Under the pieces are notes generated by a model. The model was not told the origin of the DNA. It made no database searches and saw nothing but the letters and a program-made list of their open reading frames with translations. A DNA stretch of 64,000 bases from Tidjanibacter sp. (GTDB taxonomy: Bacteria > Bacteroidota > Bacteroidia > Bacteroidales > Rikenellaceae), in contig JAVBMR010000002.1 of the NCBI GenBank assembly GCA_031552235.1, forward strand, positions 200,915 to 264,914, in the 5' to 3' direction. Positions 12,324 through 20,581 of this stretch are shown piece after piece (position 1 is the first letter of the stretch; each line of letters opens with the position of its first letter). The position numbers and the translations under genes are program-made.

Positions 12324-13094
12324 TTACACAATGATCGACGTGCCGCCGTATCCTGGCAGGGTCACGCAGTCAGAGTTGCAGATCACAACCCTTTTGACAC
12401 CGCCGCCGATGGCGTTGAAGGCGTTCTCGATCTTCGGGAGCATGCCGTCGCTTATCGTGCCGTCCGCTTTAAAGCGCTCGAAATCGCCGGGGGTTATCGT
12501 GGATATGACCGAATCGTCGTCGTCCACGTTCGCCAGTACCCCCTTTTTTTCGAAGCAGAACACAAGTTCCGTATCCATGTGCCGGGCCATTGCCGTGGCG
12601 ACCGTTTGGGCTACAGTGTCCGCGTTCGTGTTGAGCAGCGTACCTTTGCCGTCGGTGGTTATGGGTGCCACGACGGGGGTAAGTCCCTGTTCGATCAGCG
12701 AAACCAGCAGGCCCGAGTTGACCTTCTTAGGGTCGCCAACGAAGCCGTAATCCACCGGTACCGGCGAGCGCCTCTGCGACACGATGAGGTTTCCATCGGC
12801 GCCGCTCAATCCTATGGCGGCACAACTCTCGGCGTTCAACCTGTTAACAATGTCCTTGTTGATAAGTCCCGCGTAAACCATCGTAACCACTTTGACTGTT
12901 TCCGCGTCCGTAACACGGCGTCCGTTTATCATGGTAGTCTCGATGCCGAGTGCTTTGGAGATGGCCGTAGCTATCTTTCCGCCGCCGTGGACAAGGATCT
13001 TGGGGCCTTCGACAGCTGCGAAATCCGAAATGAACTTCGCCAGTTTCTCCGGGTTGTCGACTACGTTGCCGCCTATTTTTATGACTTTAAGCAT
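12324..13094 (-). CDS. argB: acetylglutamate kinase family protein
   Basis: MLKVIKIGGNVVDNPEKLAKF...ILVHGGG...; amino-acid kinase fold; last gene of the arg cluster. Confidence 0.9.
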   Translation of the reverse strand: MLKVIKIGGNVVDNPEKLAKFISDFAAVEGPKILVHGGGKIATAISKALGIETTMINGRRVTDAETVKVVTMVYAGLINKDIVNRLNAESCAAIGLSGADGNLIVSQRRSPVPVDYGFVGDPKKVNSGLLVSLIEQGLTPVVAPITTDGKGTLLNTNADTVAQTVATAMARHMDTELVFCFEKKGVLANVDDDDSVISTITPGDFERFKADGTISDGMLPKIENAFNAIGGGVKRVVICNSDCVTLPGYGGTSIIV

Positions 13095-13166
13095 TGTTCT
13101 TTTGTCTTATTAACATTTGCCTGACATGTTATCAACAGCCGCCTGTCAGTTACTTTCTGACGGTTG

Positions 13167-14306
13167 TTAGTTGTTCTCGGCCAACAGCTCGCGCAGCGCC
13201 TTCAGGAAAATATCGGCGTGTTCGCGCGTGATGTTTAGGGCCGGGAGCAGCCGGACGATGGTCTTGCCGGAGGCGCCCACGAATATCTTTTTGTCGAACA
13301 GCAGCTTATTCCGCAGCGCGGCCGTGTCGAACGGGAACTCTATACCTATCATGAGTCCACGGCCGCGCACTTCCGAGATTCCCTCGATGGTCTTGAGTTG
13401 CGAGATCAGGTATTCGCCCACTTCGGCGGCGTTCTTCAGCAGCTTTTCATCGTGCATCACGTCGGCCACGGCTATCGCCCCGGCGCATGCCAGGTGGTTG
13501 CCGCCGAACGTGGTGCCGAGCATTCCGTACTTGGGCGCAATCCCCGGGCATATCGCGATGGCGCCAATCGGGAAACCGTTCGCGAGGCCCTTTGCCATCG
13601 AATATATGTCGGCGTTTACGCCTGCATAGTCGTGCGAGTAGTAGTCGCCCGTACGTCCGCAGCCGCACTGGATGGCGTCGGCGATATATACCGCGCCGTA
13701 TTTGTCGCACTGCTCGCGTATCGCGTGCAGGAATTCCGGTGTCGCCACGCGTATGCCTCCGACGCCTTGGATACCCTCCACGATCACCGAAGATATCTCG
13801 CCACCCTCTTTAGCGAAGTGGGATTCGAGCGCCTGCACGTCGTTGTAGGGCAGGAAGGTCACGTTAGGGGTTTCGTTCACCGGTGCGACTATCGAGGGGT
13901 TGTCGGTGCAGGCCACGGCGAGCGAGGTGCGTCCGTGGAACGCGCCCTTGAACGCCACGATCTTCCTGCGTCCGTTATGGAACGAAGCGAGTTTCAGCGC
14001 GTTCTCGTTGGCCTCGGCGCCCGAGTTGCACATGAACAGCTGGTAGTCGTCCTTACCCGACAGCCTGCCAAGTTTCGCGGCCAGCGTGTCCTGCAATTCG
14101 ATAACCACAGAGTTGGAATAGAATCCCAGCTTGTGTATCTGGTCGGTTATGGCCTTAACGTATGTTGGGTTCGTGTGCCCGACCGAGATAACGGCATGGC
14201 CGCCGTACATGTCGAGATATTTGGTGCCTTTGTCGTCCCACACCCACGAGCCTTCGCCTTTGACGATAGACACGTCGTTGATGGGGTATACATCGAACAT
14301 CTTCAT
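13167..14306 (-). CDS. argD: acetylornithine/succinylornithine-type class III aminotransferase
   Basis: 379 aa with CNSGAEANE, and YIADAIQCGCGRTG...SMAKGLANGFP (PLP Lys context). Confidence 0.85.
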   Translation of the reverse strand: MKMFDVYPINDVSIVKGEGSWVWDDKGTKYLDMYGGHAVISVGHTNPTYVKAITDQIHKLGFYSNSVVIELQDTLAAKLGRLSGKDDYQLFMCNSGAEANENALKLASFHNGRRKIVAFKGAFHGRTSLAVACTDNPSIVAPVNETPNVTFLPYNDVQALESHFAKEGGEISSVIVEGIQGVGGIRVATPEFLHAIREQCDKYGAVYIADAIQCGCGRTGDYYSHDYAGVNADIYSMAKGLANGFPIGAIAICPGIAPKYGMLGTTFGGNHLACAGAIAVADVMHDEKLLKNAAEVGEYLISQLKTIEGISEVRGRGLMIGIEFPFDTAALRNKLLFDKKIFVGASGKTIVRLLPALNITREHADIFLKALRELLAENN

Positions 14307-14459
14307 AGTATAATTGTTTTAATGCTTTAACCGACAGTTTTAATCCGCCCTTTCAGCGGAGCCGTTAAAATGCCCGACGCGAGATCACCCGAAGTTACCA
14401 TGTAACGAGGGAAGCTCGCACGAGAGCATTAGGCGACGATGACGGGCGGCTGGTTTTTG

Positions 14460-14484
14460 TTACTTTTTGCCAGCCAAAAAGTAA
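14460..14484. repeat. A/T-rich palindromic hairpin TTACTTTTTG-CCAGC-CAAAAAGTAA (family E copy 1)
   Basis: 10-bp stem, 20 nt downstream of the argC stop. It is nearly identical to the copy at 16930-16954. Confidence 0.7.
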
Positions 14485-14503
14485 AGAGAAATTTTTATTT
14501 TGT

Positions 14504-15481
14504 TTAAAATGCGGAGGCTTTCAATTTCAGTCCGCGCGTGCGGTCGAGGCCGAACATGATGTTCATGTTTTCCACAGCCTGTCCGCTGGCGCCTTTTAAA
14601 AGGTTGTCTATCGCACTGTAAACGAGTATTTTGCTGCCATGTTTCTCGATGTGGAGCAGGCATTTGTTTGTATTTACCACCTGCTTCAGGTCGATGTTGG
14701 AATCGCTCACGAATGTGAACGGCGAGCCTTTGTAGTAGTCCTTGTAAAGCTCGACCGCCTCTTCCTGCGAGAGGGCGCATTCGGTGTAGATCGCCGCGAA
14801 AATACCCCGCGCGAAGTCGCCGCGGTATGGAATGAAGTTGATGTCGCTGCCGAACGACGGCATGAGCCCTCGGATACTTTCGCCGATCTCCAGCAGGTGC
14901 TGGTGTTCAAATGGTTTGTACACCGACAGGTTGTTGGCCCTCCAACTGAAATGGGTCGTGGAAGAGGGTTTCTGTCCTGCTCCGGTCGAGCCTGTTGTGG
15001 CGCTGATATGAACCTCGTCCTTCAGCAGCCCTGCCGCCGCCAGCGGAAGCAGGCCCAACTGGAGGCATGTCGCGAAGCATCCCGGGTTGGCGATATTCGA
15101 TGCCTTTGCGATCTTTGCGGCGTTCATGTCCGTAAGCCCATACACGAATTCGCGGCCGTCGAAACCGGCGTTAGCTGCGAGACGGAAGTCCTGGCTGAGG
15201 TCGATGATCTTCACTTTGGCCGGGACTTTGTTCGCTTCCAGAAACTTGCGCGCGTCGCCGTGCCCTGCGCAGATGAACATCACGTCGATGTCGCCGTGCC
15301 ACTCGGCCGAAAACGTCATGTCGGTTTCGCCGATAAGGTCGGTGTGGACCTTCCACAGCGGGTTGCCGGCATTGCTCGTGCTTTGCACATATGCCAGTTC
15401 CACATCGGGGTGGTTCAACAATATCCTTATCGCCTCGCCCCCGGTGTATCCCGCGCCGCCTATGATGCCTGCCTTAATCAT
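14504..15481 (-). CDS. argC: N-acetyl-gamma-glutamyl-phosphate reductase
   Basis: MIKAGIIGGAGYTGGEAIRILLNHP..., with active-site context NPGCFAT. Confidence 0.9.
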   Translation of the reverse strand: MIKAGIIGGAGYTGGEAIRILLNHPDVELAYVQSTSNAGNPLWKVHTDLIGETDMTFSAEWHGDIDVMFICAGHGDARKFLEANKVPAKVKIIDLSQDFRLAANAGFDGREFVYGLTDMNAAKIAKASNIANPGCFATCLQLGLLPLAAAGLLKDEVHISATTGSTGAGQKPSSTTHFSWRANNLSVYKPFEHQHLLEIGESIRGLMPSFGSDINFIPYRGDFARGIFAAIYTECALSQEEAVELYKDYYKGSPFTFVSDSNIDLKQVVNTNKCLLHIEKHGSKILVYSAIDNLLKGASGQAVENMNIMFGLDRTRGLKLKASAF

Positions 15482-16670
15482 TTTCGGGTCCGTTAACTTT
15501 GTAATATATCTTGTTCTGGTTGCCGAAGATTCGTCCGAAACCTTCCACGTCGACGGCGCTCCAGTCGTTCATCGTTTCGCCGTAAGCGCCGAACTTGGTG
15601 TTCATCAGGTCGTGGTCGCTCTTGATGCCGACAACCTCGAAGCGGTAGGGCATAAGGTCTACGTAAACATCGCCCGTAACGTTGCGCTGGCTCTTTTCGA
15701 GCATGGCCTCCATGTCGCGCATCACCGGGTCGTAGTACTGACCTTCGTGCAGGTAGTTGCCGTAGAATTGCGAGATCTGGTCTTTCCAGAAGAGCTGCCA
15801 TTTGGTCAGCACGTGCTTTTCGAGCATGTGGTGCGCCTTGATAATGATCAGCGGGGCGGCTGCTTCGAAGCCTACGCGGCCCTTGATGCCGATGATGGTG
15901 TCGCCCACGTGCATCCCGCGGCCGACCGCGTACGGGGCCGCGATGCGCTGGAGAGCCTGTATGGCTTCAATGCGGTTGTCGAACCTCTTGCCTTCGACGC
16001 CCACCATCTCGCCCTTTTCGAACGTGATGGTGATACGTTTCGTGTCGTTGGCCTTGAGCTGCGACGGGTATGCGCTTTCGGGGAGCGTGTCGTGCGAGGT
16101 GAGGGTCTCCTTGCCGCCCACCGAGGTTCCCCAGATACCCTGGTTGATCGAGTATTCGGCCTTCTTGAAGTCGAAATCCACGCCGTGTTCGCGCAGGTAG
16201 TTGATCTCTTCCTCGCGGCTCAGGCGTTTCTCGCGGATGAGGGCCAAAACCTTGATCTCGGGGGCTATAATGTTGAATATCATGTCGAAACGAACCTGGT
16301 CGTTGCCTGCGCCTGTAGAGCCGTGGCACAGGTAGTCCGCGCCCATTTCCTTAGCGTATTTTGCGATGGCCGTGGCCTGCGAGATGCGCTCGGAGCTTAC
16401 CGAAATGGGGTAGCTGCCGTTTTTGAGCACATTGCCGAAGATCATATATTTTATCTGATGCTCGTAGTAGTCCTGCGTCACGTCGAGCGCCACGTAGCTC
16501 GTTACGCCGAGTGCCAGCGCGCGTCGTCGGATGTCCTCAAGCTCTTCGGGCGAGAAACCGCCCGTGTTAGCCAATGCCGCGTGTACCTCCAGGCCCATCT
16601 CTTTCGAGAGGTAGATGGCGCAGTACGACGTATCCAATCCGCCGCTGAATGCAAGAACTACTTTTTTCAT
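15474..16670 (-). CDS. argG: argininosuccinate synthase
   Basis: MKKVVLAFSGGLDTSYC..., plus HGSTGAGNDQVRFD. It overlaps the argC start by 8 nt. Confidence 0.95.
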   Translation of the reverse strand: MKKVVLAFSGGLDTSYCAIYLSKEMGLEVHAALANTGGFSPEELEDIRRRALALGVTSYVALDVTQDYYEHQIKYMIFGNVLKNGSYPISVSSERISQATAIAKYAKEMGADYLCHGSTGAGNDQVRFDMIFNIIAPEIKVLALIREKRLSREEEINYLREHGVDFDFKKAEYSINQGIWGTSVGGKETLTSHDTLPESAYPSQLKANDTKRITITFEKGEMVGVEGKRFDNRIEAIQALQRIAAPYAVGRGMHVGDTIIGIKGRVGFEAAAPLIIIKAHHMLEKHVLTKWQLFWKDQISQFYGNYLHEGQYYDPVMRDMEAMLEKSQRNVTGDVYVDLMPYRFEVVGIKSDHDLMNTKFGAYGETMNDWSAVDVEGFGRIFGNQNKIYYKVNGPEND

Positions 16671-16740
16671 TTTTTCAGGTATTATGTTGTTTGTAAATGT
16701 TTTTCGCTGTCACTTTTGCCATCCAACTACGTTACTTTCT

Positions 16741-16775
16741 TTTGCATTGCCCAAAAGAAAGTAACCAAAGAAAAC
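16741..16775. repeat. palindromic hairpin GTTACTTTCTTTTG-CATTGCC-CAAAAGAAAGTAAC (family E copy 2)
   Basis: Perfect 14-bp stem, 71-105 nt upstream of the argG start and inside the arg operon. Confidence 0.7.
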
Positions 16776-16815
16776 TCTATAAAATAAGCCTCACGTAAGA
16801 CTCCTCCCTTTTAGC

Positions 16816-16907
16816 CTCGCTTCGCTCGCTAACAGTCGTCGGACATCGTACGTCTCGGCTTATTTTAGCTTTGCTTCGTCTTGCTGACTAAAAAGGGCGT
16901 GGCCTTG
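16816..16907. repeat. short family-A-like element bounded by CCCTTTTAG / CTAAAAAGGG
   Basis: Inverted ends CCCTTTTAG (16816-16824) and CTAAAAAGGG (16898-16907). A second, interleaved inverted repeat is AAAATAAGCC (16791-16800) / GGCTTATTTT (16867-16876). There is also an internal direct repeat TTTTAGCCTCGCTTCGCTCGCT / TTTTAGCTTTGCTTCGTCTTGCT. Confidence 0.5.
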
Positions 16908-16929
16908 GCCTTCAGGGTCGAAATATTAT

Positions 16930-16954
16930 TACTTTTTTGCCAGCCAAAAAAGTG
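16930..16954. repeat. hairpin TACTTTTTTG-CCAGC-CAAAAAAGTG (family E copy 3)
   Basis: 9-bp stem with the same GCCAGCC apex as copy 1, 14 nt downstream of the GNAT gene stop. Confidence 0.65.
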
Positions 16955-16967
16955 ACAAATCCATTCT

Positions 16968-17549
16968 TTATATATTCGGGTCTTCCGGTTTTTCCATCCT
17001 CGGTTTGTCGTACGACGGATCGAAGATCATCGCCGTGCAGAGGCAGTTCTTGTGTTCCTTGCTTAGGAGGATGGGGTAGTTCACGCAGCTTTCGCAGCCT
17101 TTCCAGAACTGCTCGTCGTCGGTAAGCTCCGAATACGGCACAGGCCTGTAGCCCAGTTCGTTGTTGATCTTCATCACGGCCAGCCCGGTCGTAAGCCCGA
17201 AAAGCTTTGCCTCCGGGAACTTCTTGAGCGACAGGAAGAACGTCATGGTCTTGATCGCTTTCGCCAGCCCGTGCTTGCGGTATATCGGGTTGACGATGAG
17301 CCCCGAGTTGGCCACGTAGCGCCCGTGACCCCAGGTTTCGATATAGCTGAAGCCCGCCCACGACCCATCGTCGTGGAAGGCTATCACGGCTTTCCCCTCG
17401 CGCATTTTCGATGCCACATACTCCGCCGTTCGTCGTGCGATACCGGTTCCGCGCGCTTTGGCCGATTCGGCCATTTCATCACAAATCTGCTGTGCGAACC
17501 CGGCGTCTGCCTCAGTGGCGACCCTTACCGTGAAATCATTGACTTTCAT
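16968..17549 (-). CDS. GNAT family N-acyltransferase, first gene of the arg operon (candidate N-acylglutamate synthase)
   Basis: 193 aa with a GNAT core (...IVNPIYRKHGLAKAI...). Its position heads argG-argC-argD-argB, as in Bacteroides arg clusters. Confidence 0.7.
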   Translation of the reverse strand: MKVNDFTVRVATEADAGFAQQICDEMAESAKARGTGIARRTAEYVASKMREGKAVIAFHDDGSWAGFSYIETWGHGRYVANSGLIVNPIYRKHGLAKAIKTMTFFLSLKKFPEAKLFGLTTGLAVMKINNELGYRPVPYSELTDDEQFWKGCESCVNYPILLSKEHKNCLCTAMIFDPSYDKPRMEKPEDPNI

Positions 17550-17594
17550 TGCTTTCCGTTAGGATAAGATCAATATTAGTTAAGAAAAATCGTC

Positions 17595-17602
17595 CAAAGT
17601 TA
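17595..17602 (-). promoter_or_regulatory. -7 box TAACTTTG upstream of the arg operon
   Basis: The plus strand reads CAAAGTTA, 46 nt upstream of the GNAT ATG (17549). Confidence 0.35.
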
Positions 17603-17698
17603 GTTAAAAAAAAGCAGGGTTGTCCAACGTCGCGCTTTATTTTAATATTAAAGGGTGTTTTTAAGGCTTTCCGGGGGCTGTTCCGAGTTTTTCCGGGG

Positions 17699-18700
17699 CT
17701 ATTTCCCCGCGAAATGGAGCAAGAAACGCATCAGCCGCATAAGGACTGCCGGGTTCGCCGAGGCGAAGGATGGGAAGAACGCCTTGCCGGTATGCCCTGT
17801 AATGCGGCAGAAAATCGCCCACCTGCTCCAGATATATGCCCGCAACATGGCGCGGGGGTAGCGGCCGGTCTGCTTGTTGGCGGCGATGAGCTTGCCGAAC
17901 CACATTTCGAGTTCCGCCGGGGCTGTCCGGCCGTAGTCGTCCTTGCGGTACAGACCGCCCCTGAATGCCGCCTGGTGCAGGTCGAGTTCCTTTTCCGTGG
18001 GTTCAATGCCGAGCTTTCGAATCTGCCTGCGGTTAACTTCCCTTTTCAGAAGCGACTGCGGGTCAACGCTTTTGACCGAGATATTGGTATCGTGCCAGCG
18101 GTAGTCGGCAAGGTATTGCGGGATGTTCGCGAGCCGGTCGATGTCGGCCAGCCTGCACCACAGCTCGTAGTCCTGCGACTGCTTGAATTCCGGATCATAG
18201 TGGTTGGCTTTCATCAGCTCCGCCCTCGCTATGACCGACGAGTGGATGAACGGCACAGAGAACAGCAGGTTGACGCGCAATTCTTTCGGGTGTGTGAGGT
18301 TCTTGAGCCTGCCTTTCGGGGAGCCGTCGGGATTGACGACATTGACCCAGCTGCCGCAAAGCCCTATGCCGGGGTGGTTTTCGAGGAAGCGCACCTGTGT
18401 TTCGAGGCGGTGCGGCAGGGCGGTGTCGTCGGCGTCGAGCACGGCGATGTACTGCCCGTTTGCCTGGACTGTAAGTTTATTTCGTGTGGCGGCGTTGCCG
18501 AGGTTCTTTTCGTTCGTGAATATAGTGATGCGCGGATCGTCGAAAGAGCGCGCCAAAGCCAGCGAACCGTCGGTCGATGCGTCGTCGCAGATCAGCAGCT
18601 CGAACTCCTCATACGTTTGCGCCATTATGCTGCCGATGGCGGCCGCGAGGTACCTCTCGGCGTTGTAGACGGGCATTAATACAGACACAAGCGGTTTCAT
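17699..18700 (-). CDS. family 2 glycosyltransferase
   Basis: MKPLVSVLMPVYNAERYLAAAIGSIMAQTYEEFELLICDDASTDGS, a DADD motif, and LPHRLETQV shared with the gene at 11241. Confidence 0.8.
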   Translation of the reverse strand: MKPLVSVLMPVYNAERYLAAAIGSIMAQTYEEFELLICDDASTDGSLALARSFDDPRITIFTNEKNLGNAATRNKLTVQANGQYIAVLDADDTALPHRLETQVRFLENHPGIGLCGSWVNVVNPDGSPKGRLKNLTHPKELRVNLLFSVPFIHSSVIARAELMKANHYDPEFKQSQDYELWCRLADIDRLANIPQYLADYRWHDTNISVKSVDPQSLLKREVNRRQIRKLGIEPTEKELDLHQAAFRGGLYRKDDYGRTAPAELEMWFGKLIAANKQTGRYPRAMLRAYIWSRWAIFCRITGHTGKAFFPSFASANPAVLMRLMRFLLHFAGK

Positions 18701-18728
18701 CCTTCGGTTAGCGGTTGGTTCGTAACCG

Positions 18729-18736
18729 CAAAGATA
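18729..18736 (-). promoter_or_regulatory. -7 box TATCTTTG upstream of the GT2 gene
   Basis: The plus strand reads CAAAGATA, 29 nt upstream of the ATG at 18700. Confidence 0.4.
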
Positions 18737-18821
18737 GTTTTTTATCTTTATTAGTAATATTCTCGCCCTCTTCAGATGACGCTATAATCGGTACCGCTAA
18801 AGCGACACCGATATATATTCG

Positions 18822-18967
18822 GGATTATCCCTTTTAGTCGTGTATTTATGTTTCGGCTTGCTTTGCAAGCCGTCAGCCCTCAGCCACCCCGGGCGGAGGG
18901 CTGAATAATATTCATCCCCCGCTGGCTGCAGGCCGGTAAAGCCGAACACGACTAAAAAGGGTAATCC
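18822..18967. mobile_element. 146-bp MITE-like element (family A) with 21-bp terminal inverted repeats
   Basis: GGATTATCCCTTTTAGTCGTG (18822-18842) against CACGACTAAAAAGGGTAATCC (18947-18967), 19 of 21 complementary. The GC-rich interior has hairpins CGGCTTGC-TTT-GCAAGCCG and CAGCCCTC...GAGGGCTG. Flanks are TA-rich, and I see no unambiguous target-site duplication. Confidence 0.6.
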
Positions 18968-19196
18968 TGTATATATTTGCATGTAATCGCCAAAATTTAT
19001 AGCGCTATCGGAAAATGTGATGGGTTTTTTGCCGTCCGTGCCGAACCGTTTTCGTAATTTTGTTAAACGTTGCAAACGGTACAGTATTTGCAAAGTACAG
19101 GATGCGCCCGGGATAAGGCAAACTTGCTTTGCCGCCCGGCTTTCACTGCATTTGTTTGAACTGAAAATTACGCCAACAATCTTAAACCAAAATATT

Positions 19197-19781
19197 ATGG
19201 GAAAATTCGAATTGCCGCAGCTGCCTTATGAATTGGGCGCTCTGGCTCCGCAGATCAGCAAGGAAACAATGGAATACCACTACGGAAAGCACCACAAAGC
19301 TTATGTCGATAAACTGAACGAGCTTGTGCCGGGGACAAAGTATGAAAATATGAACCTCGAAGAGATCGTGAAATCGGCCGACGGGGCAGTGTTCAACCAG
19401 GCGGCGCAGGTGTGGAACCACACGTTCTTTTTCCTCGCCCTCTCCCCGAACCCCAAGGCAAAGCCGGAAGGAAAGCTTGCCGGGGCTGTAGACAAGGCTT
19501 TCGGGTCGTTCGACAAATTCAAAGAGGAGATTGTGAAAGCGGCCGTTGGGCAGTTCGGATCGGGATGGGCGTGGCTCGTGGCCGACAAGGACGGCAATCT
19601 GTCGATCGAGGCTACTCCGAACGCTAAAAACCCGTTGGCCGAGGGCAAAAAGGCCATCCTCACTGTCGATGTGTGGGAGCACGCCTATTATATCGACTAC
19701 CGCAACGTGCGTGCCGAGGGCGTTAAGGCCGCCCTCGAAAGGACGGACTGGAAGGTCGTGGAAGAGAGGTATGCGAAATAG
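19197..19781 (+). CDS. sodB: Fe/Mn superoxide dismutase
   Basis: MGKFELPQLPYELGALAPQISKETMEYHYGKHH...DVWEHAYYIDY. The start was moved to the ATG at 19197. Confidence 0.9.
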   Translation: MGKFELPQLPYELGALAPQISKETMEYHYGKHHKAYVDKLNELVPGTKYENMNLEEIVKSADGAVFNQAAQVWNHTFFFLALSPNPKAKPEGKLAGAVDKAFGSFDKFKEEIVKAAVGQFGSGWAWLVADKDGNLSIEATPNAKNPLAEGKKAILTVDVWEHAYYIDYRNVRAEGVKAALERTDWKVVEERYAK

Positions 19782-19815
19782 GTCGCCGCGCCGCATGGCG
19801 GCGTGGCCAGGTACG

Positions 19816-19847
19816 AAAAAAGCCAACCCGGACGGGTTGGCTTTTTT
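19816..19847. terminator. bidirectional intrinsic terminator between sodB and a lipoprotein gene
   Basis: AAAAAAGCCAACCC-GGAC-GGGTTGGCTTTTTT. Confidence 0.8.
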
Positions 19848-19865
19848 ATTACTTGGCCTGTCGGG

Positions 19866-20396
19866 TTATTGGATGAGGTATACGTTGTCCGATACGTTCA
19901 GCTTGCCCTGGTGCTTTCCGGAGATGGTTGAGTTGTCGGACCTGAGTATGAACAGGAAATCGATGGTGAAATCGTTCTGCGTGCCGTTGCGTGTGACCTT
20001 GAGCGACCCGCTTCTGATCGTGCCGTCTTCTGTCGAGTAGGGCAGGTTCCCAAGTTTTATGTTTACGACCGCGTCGTTGGGGAGGGATAAGACCTGTCCC
20101 ATGTCCTCCACCGGAACGCTGAACGTGAAAACGTCGGTCATTTCTGGCAGGGGTTTGACGATAACGACGGGGGGATCTCCTTCCGTCCATGTCGTGTTGC
20201 CGACCGACAGCGCGATATCGTAACTTTCGCCTGCCGCCGGACTGAGCGTATTTACCCCCGACCATTTCAGTGCGTATTTTGGGCCGGCGTTTATCTGGTA
20301 ATAGCTGAGGAGCGGCGGGTTCTTCTCCTTCTCGCAGGATGACGTTATTAACGCGGCTGCCACAACGGCCGCCAGATAAAGAAATTTAGTCCTCAT
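19866..20396 (-). CDS. hypothetical lipoprotein
   Basis: An internal start gives MRTKFLYLAAVVAAALITSSC (lipobox). The longer track ORF (to 20531) has no signal peptide. Confidence 0.55.
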   Translation of the reverse strand: MRTKFLYLAAVVAAALITSSCEKEKNPPLLSYYQINAGPKYALKWSGVNTLSPAAGESYDIALSVGNTTWTEGDPPVVIVKPLPEMTDVFTFSVPVEDMGQVLSLPNDAVVNIKLGNLPYSTEDGTIRSGSLKVTRNGTQNDFTIDFLFILRSDNSTISGKHQGKLNVSDNVYLIQ

Positions 20397-20497
20397 TAGC
20401 GCGAAAAATAAAGTATTTTTTGTAAAAGTAACATTTTTTTCGGAATAGCCGACAGGGCTTATCCATCCGCATGTGTTTTTATAACGTATAAACTTCG

Positions 20498-20505
20498 TAT
20501 ATTTG
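20498..20505 (+). promoter_or_regulatory. -7 box TATATTTG upstream of relA/spoT
   Basis: TATATTTG lies 77 nt before the ATG at 20582. Confidence 0.3.
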
Positions 20506-20581
20506 TATATTATAGAAGTTGCCTCGGGCAAGTTTGGCTTGCGCTTTGCTCTTGGCAGCCACTATAAATTACACGGAAAAG

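Noticed and set aside
14341-14372. CTGAAAGGGCGGAT on the minus strand, resembling the family C loop CTAAAGGGGCGGAT, in the argC-argD spacer.
   Set aside because: It is only a 12-of-14 match with a weak 6-bp flanking stem. A match of that quality is expected by chance about once in a window of this size, so I did not count it as a family C copy.
11241-18700. The two inverted GT2 genes as terminal repeats of a mobile arg island.
   Set aside because: The nucleotide sequences are strongly diverged (similarity at protein level only). There are no integrase or transposase genes, no tRNA target and no direct repeats, and the composition of the arg genes matches the surrounding core genes.
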